From the NCBI GenBank assembly GCA_964609135.1, contig CAZSQQ010000001.1:56673-120672 (forward strand): a stretch of DNA of 64,000 nucleotides. The letters run 5' to 3'. A program made the position numbers and the translations under genes. Source of the DNA: an uncultured Candidatus Saccharibacteria bacterium (GTDB lineage Bacteria; Patescibacteriota; Minisyncoccia; UBA6257; Colwellbacteraceae). Shown in pieces: positions 54,958-64,000 of this stretch (its first letter is position 1; each line of letters opens with the position of its first letter). Under the pieces are notes generated by a model. It saw only the letters and a program-made list of their open reading frames with translations. It was not told the DNA's origin and made no database searches.

Positions 54958-55788
54958 TTACAAAGTGGTAATGGGCCTCGATTGAAGTATATAGATGTTC
55001 TCTTTCTCCAAAGCCCATTCTATATCTTGCGGTGAACCGTAATGATTTTCAATCTTTAGAGCCAATTTAGCCAATTCTATAACCTGATCATCATCTAGGG
55101 CCTGCTCACTCTTTTTATCGTCCGGTACTTCCACTTCTTTTGTCTCACCATTTTTAAAAATCATCATTGTCTCCTGGGTTTTAATGTCACTGTTTTTTAT
55201 CTCCAGCGTTTTCTTATCAACGACAAAACTGTCTGGAGTAATCATCCCCTGGACCATCATTTCTCCCAAGCCGAAGCCGGCCTCAATCATCAACTCGTTC
55301 TCATCTTTTGTAATGGGGTTTACCGTAAAGACAACTCCGGAAACCTCACTATCAATCATTTTTTGAACTACTACAGCTACCGCCAACTGGTCTTCGCTAA
55401 CATTCTTGTCCTCCGCATAGGCCAGAGCTCCTTTAGATTTAATCGAGTTACAGCAATCCTTTATTCTGTTAATCAAATCTTCCCTGGTTACGTTTAAATA
55501 TGTCTCGAGTTGTCCCGCCCAAGAGGCTGACGAGGAATCTTCAGCCACTGCCGAAGATCTAACTGCAACTCTTTCTGCCCCTAACTTGTCAAAGGCGCTT
55601 AGAATCTCTGCTCTAAGAGCCTCATCGACGGAGTCATATGCGAACTTCCTAAAAACATCGGTGGTAACAATAAAACCAGGGGGCACCGGAATGCCAGCCC
55701 TAGTTAACTCGCCCAGCGACGCCCCCTTACCGCCTACGAGAGAGCTATCGCTCAAACTTACCTCTTCGAATCGGAGCAGGTTTGCCAT
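54958..55788 (-). CDS. Stand-alone ATP-grasp domain of the PEP synthase/PPDK family
   Basis: VGGKGASLGEL, VAVRSSA..ED...SWAGQ, GLGE, DIEWA, QSRPIT; no His or pyruvate-binding domain. Confidence 0.92.
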   Translation of the reverse strand: MANLLRFEEVSLSDSSLVGGKGASLGELTRAGIPVPPGFIVTTDVFRKFAYDSVDEALRAEILSAFDKLGAERVAVRSSAVAEDSSSASWAGQLETYLNVTREDLINRIKDCCNSIKSKGALAYAEDKNVSEDQLAVAVVVQKMIDSEVSGVVFTVNPITKDENELMIEAGFGLGEMMVQGMITPDSFVVDKKTLEIKNSDIKTQETMMIFKNGETKEVEVPDDKKSEQALDDDQVIELAKLALKIENHYGSPQDIEWALEKENIYILQSRPITTL

Positions 55789-56635
55789 GACGTGCGACGG
55801 GCAATTTGTATTCTTTACCCTTGATTGTAGTCTCGGTCACTCCACTAGAATCAACAGCGATTCCTATGCCTTCATTATAACCGGCAGAAAAATCTTCTTC
55901 CGGGGCTCCGACAACTCTTTGAACAAAGGGGTCTAGGCCATCGCCGTGAGTTACCATCCAAACGGCTAATTTTCTGCCGGGGTGTTGGCGATGATAAAAT
56001 TCGGCAAACCTAGCGGCGACATTTACGCCCTCATTGACCCTGGTGGCAATCTGGTCTGGGCCTTCGGCCCCTAATTCTTCTCTTTTTTCTCGATAAGTAT
56101 CCCTATTAAAAGCTTGCCAAAAGGCTGGCGGCTGCTTACCGCCGAACTGACCTCGCAAAAATTTCGCAAATTCAGGAACTTGAAACATCAATCCTTCACC
56201 TAACTTAACATCCGGTCGAGAAACGTTACCCTTAAATCTCCCTGAGTTATTTAGAAGTTGACCCTCTGGAAGACCCAATTCCTTAAGTTTTTTAGAGATC
56301 TCTCCAGCTATAATTTCGGCTGTTTCTCTGGCTCTTTGTCCCAGCCTTTCATCATCCAGCCAAAAGGTTGGGCTGTTGAGTATCAAAAAGTCTTTGGTTT
56401 CTGGATGTTCTTCTAAAATGGCGGCAATCCTCTCGTCAGCCCTCTTTCTCGCTTCCTCAATTCCCTCTGCCGTAAGGTGGCCGTAAGCTCTTTCCTCTTC
56501 AGTCAAATTGTCTGGATCAGCCGGCCGGCGGTTATCGTATCTGCCATGCCTTTGGAGAACTATCAAAGTCTCCCAATCCTCACGAGGTATTTCCGGAGCG
56601 ACAACTTGTTCTGGTACACCTTCAAATTTATCCAT
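55745..56635 (-). CDS. Histidine phosphatase superfamily protein
   Basis: LQRHG, LT..G, RARETA, VTHGD. Confidence 0.8.
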   Translation of the reverse strand: MDKFEGVPEQVVAPEIPREDWETLIVLQRHGRYDNRRPADPDNLTEEERAYGHLTAEGIEEARKRADERIAAILEEHPETKDFLILNSPTFWLDDERLGQRARETAEIIAGEISKKLKELGLPEGQLLNNSGRFKGNVSRPDVKLGEGLMFQVPEFAKFLRGQFGGKQPPAFWQAFNRDTYREKREELGAEGPDQIATRVNEGVNVAARFAEFYHRQHPGRKLAVWMVTHGDGLDPFVQRVVGAPEEDFSAGYNEGIGIAVDSSGVTETTIKGKEYKLPVARHGKPAPIRRGKFER

Positions 56636-56662
56636 ATTCCAAAAAGGATAATGCTATAAACA

Positions 56663-57781
56663 CTATAAAGTGTCAAGACTAAAGGGTGTTGGATCTATAG
56701 TAAACACTTTATTTTTCAACTCCATCGGCAAATACCAAACCAACTGGTAGAACATACCAGCATGACCGGTTTTAGCCAACGGAACGTTGGGAGAAACGAT
56801 GGCTCTAACTTTATCGTGAATGCCAAACCATAACGGCAACAGCGTAGGATCCAGTGCGCCCATAATGTCCTTATACATCGAGAAATTTCGCGCCTGTTCG
56901 TATGATAAGATGAATAACTCGTATTCTTCTTGAGTTAGTTTCTCTTTGGCTTGCTCCTTCAAAGATTCAATACGAGATTTCATTTCCTCATATCTTTTCA
57001 CGAGAGATTCGTTTTCACCCCGAAATTCAACCGCGTGAGTTAACATATTGTAAAGTGGCAACATAGAATCACGCATTCTGGTTTGTTCCAACGGTACAGA
57101 CAATTCTTTTTTAAAAGAAGCACTATCGGGGTCCGTTTCATCATTTATTACCTCCTGAATTATTTTGGCTATTTTATTCCAAAGAACGTTAATTTCACTA
57201 GTATTTTTGTGAGTGTGGGCATCTATAAGCATAGTTATCTCGGCAACTGGGTCCTTAGTTTTGGGGTTGTTTGCAAGTAAATGAACAAGTTTTACGCCGC
57301 TTAAGGCCTGACGAAGATATAAGTCGGCATACTCGCTCTGTAGCAGGTCTCGCTGCACGCGAACAACTCGCCCCTCAAAATCCTCTACGTCTTCAGTCGC
57401 ATCAATAAACTTACGTATCAAATTTTTAAGGTTATCAACATAAAAGTCGTGCAGTGGGCCATCAGCAAATAAGTAATTGACTACCCAAAAACGATAACAG
57501 AACAGTTTATTGAATCTCTGATCTGTGTTAACCAAAAACTCCAGATTTTTCTGATCTCCGCTCTCGTAATCCTTTTTAATCTTATCGAATCCGGCAAACA
57601 ACTCGTCGTGTGCCCAATCTCCGTATTCTTGATATTTCTTAGAATCCGCACCAACCTTTTGAGCAATTTCTTCAAAATACGGCACAATGGGAGGAAACTT
57701 TCTAGGGTAAGTAAACATAAACCCCTCGATGTCATTGGGTATATATCTAGGAAACTTTAATAATTGCTCGTCAATCTTCAT
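56663..57781 (-). CDS. Helical hypothetical protein, possible dikinase substrate-binding domain
   Basis: About 372 aa from MKIDEQ, overlapping the upstream stop; C-terminal QARNFSMYKD and VWYLPMEL. Confidence 0.75.
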   Translation of the reverse strand: MKIDEQLLKFPRYIPNDIEGFMFTYPRKFPPIVPYFEEIAQKVGADSKKYQEYGDWAHDELFAGFDKIKKDYESGDQKNLEFLVNTDQRFNKLFCYRFWVVNYLFADGPLHDFYVDNLKNLIRKFIDATEDVEDFEGRVVRVQRDLLQSEYADLYLRQALSGVKLVHLLANNPKTKDPVAEITMLIDAHTHKNTSEINVLWNKIAKIIQEVINDETDPDSASFKKELSVPLEQTRMRDSMLPLYNMLTHAVEFRGENESLVKRYEEMKSRIESLKEQAKEKLTQEEYELFILSYEQARNFSMYKDIMGALDPTLLPLWFGIHDKVRAIVSPNVPLAKTGHAGMFYQLVWYLPMELKNKVFTIDPTPFSLDTL

Positions 57782-59039
57782 AAATGTAACCATCATTACC
57801 GTCAAGAATTACCCGTTGGCCGTCACGCAATAGAGCTGTGGCGGTCTGTGTGCCGACGACTGCGGGTATATTAAACTCTCTAGCCACAATTGCCGCATGG
57901 CATAAATTGCCACCCAAATCAGTAATTATTCCGCCAGCACGTCTAATGGCTAACAAAAAGTGCGGTCGCGTCATTGCTGTTACAATAATATCGCCGCGTT
58001 CTACCCGAGCCATTTCCTTTTCCATATCGCCAGACATAAACATATTTACTTGCCGAACCGTGCCAATCACTTTACCGGCTGAGGCCGGGTAACCACTCAG
58101 AACTCTTTTGGGCTTCTTCTCAAATGGCTTGAAATACTCCCGCATCGTTTCCTCTAGCTCCTTGTACTGATCGGATGATTTTAACCAGCCTTTCTTATCG
58201 TGGGTAATGGGTATGCCTTCAATGTGTAAATCACCGATAATTTGCTTGATATCTTGGTTGGGAGTAAGTCCTATTTTATCGTAGGTAGTAACCAATCGAC
58301 CGCGGCGATAATTATGGAAACCGTAATAACTCTTATTGAGCCCACTTAGTTGGTAACCCCACCATCCCCAAGCCTTACCTCCCTTAAATTCAAAAGCAAA
58401 ATCGTTCTTTTTATCGTCAATAATCTTGGGAACAAACGGCGGACAAACTTCCCCATTGAAAATCAATTCCAGTTCGCCATTTTGAACGAATGGACCGAAC
58501 CTCAAACCAAATTCTTCTTTTATGTTGCTCAATAATTTCTCGGAAAGTTTAACTTTCAACCGCCTAATAATCACTGCCGTCCCACTTTTCTCGGGATCCA
58601 CGCCTCGATTGATAACAAACGGATATTTATACCAGTCTCCGCTCTCCAGCCAATGGTCTTCGTCATACTCCATAACATATTCTTCCTCGGAATTCCTAGG
58701 GCTAGTTATTAAAGTAAATCCTTTCCCCAAAAATGATGTCGAGGTCTTGAGTCCCAGACCAAATTCTCCCAGTTGAGCTTTCTTCTCCGAAAACCCCAAT
58801 CTGATGGATTTGGCGGCTTGCTCCTCGGTCATACCTCTGCCGTTGTCCATCACGGTTATAAGATCAGGAGTTATATCCACAGAAACGCTCAACTTCTCGT
58901 TGGCCAAACGGGCATCTATGGAGTTGTCGATGAGCTCTGACAAGGCCTCCTGAATGGAATAGCCTGTCTGGCTAATCTTGGTCATAATGCTCCGGTGGGG
59001 AGATATGTCTATGTATTTGGTAGTAGATTTATCCGCCAT
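57771..59039 (-). CDS. GHKL (MORC-like) ATPase fused to a PEP-utiliser phospho-His swivel domain
   Basis: ELIDNSIDA, DNGRGM, GEFGLGLK, SGT, then GGNLCHAAIVAREFNIPAVVG. Confidence 0.9.
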   Translation of the reverse strand: MADKSTTKYIDISPHRSIMTKISQTGYSIQEALSELIDNSIDARLANEKLSVSVDITPDLITVMDNGRGMTEEQAAKSIRLGFSEKKAQLGEFGLGLKTSTSFLGKGFTLITSPRNSEEEYVMEYDEDHWLESGDWYKYPFVINRGVDPEKSGTAVIIRRLKVKLSEKLLSNIKEEFGLRFGPFVQNGELELIFNGEVCPPFVPKIIDDKKNDFAFEFKGGKAWGWWGYQLSGLNKSYYGFHNYRRGRLVTTYDKIGLTPNQDIKQIIGDLHIEGIPITHDKKGWLKSSDQYKELEETMREYFKPFEKKPKRVLSGYPASAGKVIGTVRQVNMFMSGDMEKEMARVERGDIIVTAMTRPHFLLAIRRAGGIITDLGGNLCHAAIVAREFNIPAVVGTQTATALLRDGQRVILDGNDGYIYED

Positions 59040-59069
59040 ACTAGAAGTGTAGAATTTTGTTATTTATTT

Positions 59070-60422
59070 TCAAGTGTTTCCCATAAAACCACTGTTTCTT
59101 AACTTCTTGTGGTAGGTGATCGCGAACCGGTGAGCTTCGTCGCGAACTCGAATCAAAACTTTTTTGGTGACGCCCTTGGGAATAGAACCTACAAACCTGT
59201 TTGCTTTCCTATCCGGACCCTTGGCGATCCCGACAGTAGGAATTCTCAAACCCGATTCTAACAAGACCTGTTTAGCCGCGTTCACCTGCCCCATTCCCCC
59301 ATCAACCAAAATCACGTCAGGCAAAGGCCAGGGATTGTGAAACCGGCGGCGCAAAACCTCTTTTAACATTCCCACGTCATTCGCTCCTATTATTGTCTTG
59401 ATCCTGAACTTACGATACTCACCCTTGTCGGGCCGGCCGTCTTTAAAGACAACCATAGAACCCACGGCATAATTGCCAGAGATGTTAGAGATGTCATACC
59501 CTTCGACGCGGCTCAGGGCGAGCCCTCCTCTGCGGCTCAGGGCGAGCCCTCCTCTGCGGCTACCCTCGGCCTGAGGACATTCGACCGAGCTCAGTCGAGG
59601 GCCTCGGGTCGAAGGCAGGGCAGGCCCCTCCACAATTTCTGGCTCGGTAATTAGGGCTATGTCCTGGATGTGCTGAAGAGCAAAAATCTGACCTCGGAAC
59701 TTCACCGCCTCTTCGAATTCCAAACTTTTACTCGCCTTCTTCATATCTTTCTCCAAAGACTTCAAAATCTGTTTTTTCTTGCCGTTAAAGAAAAGTTTTA
59801 TGTTTCTTATATTTTTCAGATAAGTTTTTCTATCGATTGCGCCAATGCAGGTGCCAGGGCAAAGCTTAATTTCATATTCAAAGCATCCCTTGGAAAACTT
59901 GCCTACCCTTCCTGGTTGATGAATGCTGAAAGGAAATATCCTTCTAATTATCTTTAAGGCGTCGCGGATGCTGGTCGCGGAAGTAAAAGGACCGAACCCT
60001 TCGACGCGGCTCAGGGCAGGCCCTCCGGCGCGGCTCAGTGCAAGTCTTTTCTCCTTACTCGTAGCAAGCTCTTTTCCCCGCACAAGCAATACGCGCGGGA
60101 ACTTATCTTTGGTAATCTCTACGTAAAGAAAACTTTTGTCATCCTTTTCCCGGACGTTATAGGGCGGACGACGTTTTTTAATAAGCTCGGCTTCCAAAAT
60201 CAGCGCCTCAATTGCAGTATCAGTTTTCTTGTAATCAATTTTCGCAATTTCACTTACCAACTTCTCCGTTTTCCAATCGCCGGAGCGCAAAAAATAACTG
60301 GAGACTCTCCGTTTCAAGTTTCCCGCTTTCCCGACATAAAGAATGCTCCCCCGCTTATCCTTCATGAGATATATGCCTGGGGTGTCCGGAAGATTTTTGT
60401 ATAAATTCTCCTTACTTTTCAC
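59070..60422 (-). CDS. uvrC: Excinuclease UvrC (short form) with in-frame REP-like insertions
   Basis: GIY-YIG (PGIY, LYVGKA), UVR, EGYDISN, VDGG.GQ, RDEAHRFA. Confidence 0.93.
   Translation of the reverse strand: MKSKENLYKNLPDTPGIYLMKDKRGSILYVGKAGNLKRRVSSYFLRSGDWKTEKLVSEIAKIDYKKTDTAIEALILEAELIKKRRPPYNVREKDDKSFLYVEITKDKFPRVLLVRGKELATSKEKRLALSRAGGPALSRVEGFGPFTSATSIRDALKIIRRIFPFSIHQPGRVGKFSKGCFEYEIKLCPGTCIGAIDRKTYLKNIRNIKLFFNGKKKQILKSLEKDMKKASKSLEFEEAVKFRGQIFALQHIQDIALITEPEIVEGPALPSTRGPRLSSVECPQAEGSRRGGLALSRRGGLALSRVEGYDISNISGNYAVGSMVVFKDGRPDKGEYRKFRIKTIIGANDVGMLKEVLRRRFHNPWPLPDVILVDGGMGQVNAAKQVLLESGLRIPTVGIAKGPDRKANRFVGSIPKGVTKKVLIRVRDEAHRFAITYHKKLRNSGFMGNT
59499..59630. repeat. In-frame REP-like array in uvrC
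   Basis: 24-bp tandem GCGGCTCAGGGCGAGCCCTCCTCT x2 plus a nested element; second array at 59997-60044. Confidence 0.88.
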
Positions 60423-60505
60423 GGTAAGCTATTATAACACGATTGCTTTGACATTTCCTTTAAATTCTTGTATACAATAGTTGACGTCCTCAAGAAAGGA
60501 GTGTC

Positions 60506-60901
60506 TTGGGCGTGATAAGCTCTCTAACAAGTTGGCCGTTGGGCCACAATGAGCGTAGGCGTCGCTTTCGATCGGCGCGTCGCGTCTTTGGGATCCTTCA
60601 CCGAGCCAAAGCTCAAGGACTCCTTCGCGACGTGAAAAAGGTCAGGCGAGATGGTTGGCAGAGCCGTTTCGTGGACGTTGGCGTCATCGTCGTTATCGAC
60701 CATGACGGCGTTCACTATGAGCTCCGCGTTATCAACTCTACGATCCTTGCCGTCGTCAAAAGATTCTCCGGAACACCAATGGTGCTAGTCGGGGACGGAG
60801 AATCCAGCGAGGAGACTCTCGCAAAACTCGTAAAGATCATCCCGCCCATAAAGGGCGTGAGGCTAAGGAGGAAAGCACCGAATAAGACGCGGCTTAACTA
60901 A
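60506..60901 (+). CDS. Hypothetical protein (GC-rich islet)
   Basis: TTGACA at 60448, AAGGAG before the TTG start, palindrome 60926-60951 downstream. Confidence 0.6.
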   Translation: MGVISSLTSWPLGHNERRRRFRSARRVFGILHRAKAQGLLRDVKKVRRDGWQSRFVDVGVIVVIDHDGVHYELRVINSTILAVVKRFSGTPMVLVGDGESSEETLAKLVKIIPPIKGVRLRRKAPNKTRLN

Positions 60902-60960
60902 GCACAAATGCTCAAGGAAACACCAAGGCCGGCCTCTCGAGAGGCCGGCCTAACTCATTT

Positions 60961-63489
60961 TTACGATTTATTTTTAAGAACTTTCCTCAAATATGCTCCC
61001 GTAAAACTCTTGGGATTTTTACTCACGTCTTCGGGAGTTCCCGTTGCGACAACCCTTCCGCCCTTATCCCCGCCCTCCGGCCCCAAATCGATAATCCAGT
61101 CGGCGGTTTTAATAACATCTAAGTTGTGTTCGATAACGACAACCGTGTTACCTCGATCTACAAGCTTCTGCAGAACTTCAAGCAGTTTCCGGACATCATG
61201 AAAGTGAAGACCGGTTGTCGGTTCATCCAGAAGATACAAAGTCCGCCGAGTATCTCGCTTACCCAACTCCGAAGAGAGTTTTACCCTTTGTGCTTCGCCT
61301 CCCGACAGGGTCGTTGCCGACTGTCCCAGTTCCAAATATCCCAAGCCTACCTCATCCAGAATCTTAAGTTTCTCGTGAAGCCACGGGATATCTTCGAAGA
61401 ACTTTACCGCCTCTTCTACCGTCATTTGCAACACCTCATAAATATTTTTGCCGTGATATTCAACTTCCAAAGTCTCCCTATCAAATCTCTTGCCGTGACA
61501 GATATCGCAGGTTACAAAAACGGTCGGCAGGAAATGCATTTCAATCGCAATGTAGCCGTGGCCCTCGCAGTTGTCACATCGGCCGCCCTTAACGTTGAAA
61601 CTGAATCGTCCCGGCTTCCAGCCGCGAACCCGCGCGTCTTCCGTTCCGGAAAATAAATCGCGGATGTGAGTCCACGCGCCAACGTAAGTCGCGGGGTTAG
61701 AACGAGGCGTGCGGCCTATCGGCGACTGGTCAATATCAATGACGCGATTGATGTATTCAACTCCTGAAATTGATTTAGCGGGGCCAACCTTGTAATCGGC
61801 ATGATTAAGCCTATTGGCGAGCGCCTTATATATCACATCAACGACAAGCGTGCTCTTGCCGGAACCGGAAACCCCGGTGACAGCGGTAAGGCGCCGCAGG
61901 GGGATATCCAAATTAATATTCTGCAGGTTGTTCGCGGTAACCCCCCTTAATTTCAACGAATCCATTGGGATTTTTACCTTTCTCCGTGTTTCAGGGACAG
62001 GAATCTTCATCGCGCCGCTCAAGTATTTCAAAGTGAGCGAATCAGACCTCTTATCCCTAAATAACTCGGGGAGGGATCCTCCAGTCACGATCTTCCCTCC
62101 GTGAACTCCGGCTGCCGGGCCAAAATCAACAAGGTAATCGCTCTCACGGATAGTTTCCTCATCGTGCTCCACAACCACAATTGTATTTCCCAAATCCCTT
62201 AGCTCGTGAAGGGTTTTTATTAGTTTGGCATTATCACGCTGGTGGAGACCGATGGTCGGCTCATCAAGAATATAAAGAGTCCCCACCAGTCGCGAACCGA
62301 TCTGTGAAGCGAGCCTGATTCTCTGCGATTCTCCGCCGGATAAACTTCCCGCCTTCCTGTCCAGGGTGAGATAATCCAAGCCCACGTCAATCATGAATTT
62401 CAGACGGTTTTTGATTTCTTTCAGGGGGACTTCGGCAATTTCCTTGTTTTTAACGGTGAGCTTGCCAGTCAAGGATTCAAAAAACCTCTGCGCCTCATCA
62501 ATAGATACGGAGGTAATCTCGGTGATGTTCTTGTTGTTAATTAAAACATTCAGGGATTCCGGTCTAAGACGTCTCCCGCGGCAGACTTCACAGATTTTTT
62601 CAGACCAGACGCTTTCCGTTCCCAAACCGTGACATTCCAGACAGGCTCCGTAAGGACTGTTGAAGGAAAATAGCCTGGGTTCAATCTCCGGGAAGGCAAA
62701 ATTATCCCGCGGACAGGAAAATTTGGCAGAGAAACTCACCTCTCTTTTATCAACAATCACAGTTGCCACATCTTGACCGTGCTTCAAGGCGGATTCAACC
62801 GCTTCGCTTAAACGCAAACGATTTTCCTTGTCGGTGAAATCCGTTTTTATTGGGATTCTATCCAAAACCAGCTCAATCGTATGCTGTTTGTATCTGTGAA
62901 GTTCGATACGTTCTCTAAGCGAGTGGAATTTACCGTCAACTCTCGCTTCCCTGAAACCGGAACCCAATAAATCATAAAGAAGCTGGTAGTATTCGCCTTT
63001 CCTGCCGCGAACAATCGGCGCCATTACGACGAGCTCTTTCGCGCTCTCACTTTCGCCGGCCAAGGCAATAATCGCATCCACAATCTCGGCCAAGGTCATT
63101 TTCCTGATTTCCTCACCGCACTCGGGGCAGAAAGGTTTGCCGACTCTCGCGAAAAGAACTCTCAAATAGTCGTAAATTTCGGTGATGGTTGCAACGGTTG
63201 ACCGAGGGTTTGAAGAATGCGCTTTCTGATCAATCGAAATCGCGGGAGAAAGTCCCTCAATTTCATCAACGTCAGGCTTATCAAGACGCCCCAGGAACTG
63301 CCGGGCATAAGCGGAGAGGGATTCGATATAGCGCCTCTGGCCTTCGGCGAAGATGGTATCAAATGCCAAACTGGATTTCCCGGAACCTGAAAGGCCGGTA
63401 AAAACGATCATCTTGTTTCTCGGGAGTTCGAGGTTAATATTCTTCAAGTTGTGCTCGCGGGCGCCTTTGATAACAATCTTATTTTGCAT
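60961..63489 (-). CDS. uvrA: Excinuclease UvrA
   Basis: Two Walker A motifs ([18 protein letters not shown]), two LSGGE motifs, Zn fingers. Confidence 0.97.
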   Translation of the reverse strand: MQNKIVIKGAREHNLKNINLELPRNKMIVFTGLSGSGKSSLAFDTIFAEGQRRYIESLSAYARQFLGRLDKPDVDEIEGLSPAISIDQKAHSSNPRSTVATITEIYDYLRVLFARVGKPFCPECGEEIRKMTLAEIVDAIIALAGESESAKELVVMAPIVRGRKGEYYQLLYDLLGSGFREARVDGKFHSLRERIELHRYKQHTIELVLDRIPIKTDFTDKENRLRLSEAVESALKHGQDVATVIVDKREVSFSAKFSCPRDNFAFPEIEPRLFSFNSPYGACLECHGLGTESVWSEKICEVCRGRRLRPESLNVLINNKNITEITSVSIDEAQRFFESLTGKLTVKNKEIAEVPLKEIKNRLKFMIDVGLDYLTLDRKAGSLSGGESQRIRLASQIGSRLVGTLYILDEPTIGLHQRDNAKLIKTLHELRDLGNTIVVVEHDEETIRESDYLVDFGPAAGVHGGKIVTGGSLPELFRDKRSDSLTLKYLSGAMKIPVPETRRKVKIPMDSLKLRGVTANNLQNINLDIPLRRLTAVTGVSGSGKSTLVVDVIYKALANRLNHADYKVGPAKSISGVEYINRVIDIDQSPIGRTPRSNPATYVGAWTHIRDLFSGTEDARVRGWKPGRFSFNVKGGRCDNCEGHGYIAIEMHFLPTVFVTCDICHGKRFDRETLEVEYHGKNIYEVLQMTVEEAVKFFEDIPWLHEKLKILDEVGLGYLELGQSATTLSGGEAQRVKLSSELGKRDTRRTLYLLDEPTTGLHFHDVRKLLEVLQKLVDRGNTVVVIEHNLDVIKTADWIIDLGPEGGDKGGRVVATGTPEDVSKNPKSFTGAYLRKVLKNKS

Positions 63490-64000
63490 GGGTTTTTCTG
63501 CTTAATTCTCTGATTTCGTCCCTTAATATCGCCGCCAACTCGAAATCCAACCTCCCAGCAGCTTCCTTCATTTCTCTTTCCTTTTCTCTAAGCAGTTTAT
63601 TAATCGACGTTCGAGATTTGGGAATCGGCTTCATCTCCAACCTCAAAACTTCTTCAACCGGCAGGATGTCGGAAATGTCTTTTTTAATGGTCGTGGGCGT
63701 AATGTGGCGTTTCTTGTTATATTCAAGCTGAATTTTTCTCCGCCTGTTCGTCTCGCCGACCGCGCGCTCTATGGAACCGGTGATGTGATCGGCGTAAATC
63801 AGAACCTGTCCCTTAACATTTCTTGCAGCCCGACCGATAGTTTGGATTAGTGAAGTTTCACTTCTCAAGAATCCTTCTTTATCAGCATCCAAAATCGCAA
63901 CAAGAGATACCTCCGGCAAATCCAAGCCTTCTCTTAAGAGATTTACGCCTACCAGAACATCAAAACTCCCCCTCCTTAAAGCAGTCAAAATCTTAATGCG
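63479..64000 (-). CDS. uvrB: Excinuclease UvrB, 3' part (runs off the window)
   Basis: [32 protein letters not shown]. Confidence 0.96.
   Translation of the reverse strand, partial: RIKILTALRRGSFDVLVGVNLLREGLDLPEVSLVAILDADKEGFLRSETSLIQTIGRAARNVKGQVLIYADHITGSIERAVGETNRRRKIQLEYNKKRHITPTTIKKDISDILPVEEVLRLEMKPIPKSRTSINKLLREKEREMKEAAGRLDFELAAILRDEIRELSRKTHAK

Overview
Bacterial chromosome segment, standard code 11, with most genes on the minus strand. Gene content and compact organisation suggest Patescibacteria/Parcubacteria (inference). Core genes (ftsEX, frameshifted prfB, lepA, secA, hpf, pepA, nth, dinB, ychF, uvrABC) are interleaved with accessory blocks: an ArsR-led thiol-redox/metal operon beside tRNA-Gly, a run of small house-cleaning genes below secA, an AT-rich methyltransferase/HEPN islet and a GC-rich tdk-thyA-folA islet. 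Five signals stand out. (1) A 4-gene operon at 54958-59039 looks like a split PEP-synthase/rifampin-phosphotransferase-type dikinase, with its phospho-His domain fused to a MORC-like GHKL ATPase and a histidine phosphatase alongside. (2) An intact tRNA-Thr(CGT) with its own promoter is nested in the anticodon loop of a second tRNA-Thr gene that carries three more hairpin insertions. (3) The ThyA has Asp at the dUMP-specificity Asn position and lies near DHFR and a dCMP-deaminase-like gene. (4) Three cassette genes below secA are each followed by a relict copy of the secA C-terminal codons. (5) REP-like hairpins are inserted in frame in at least six proteins. Four small ORFs missing from the ORF track were found by hand. 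All calls come from motif recognition by eye; no searches were run.
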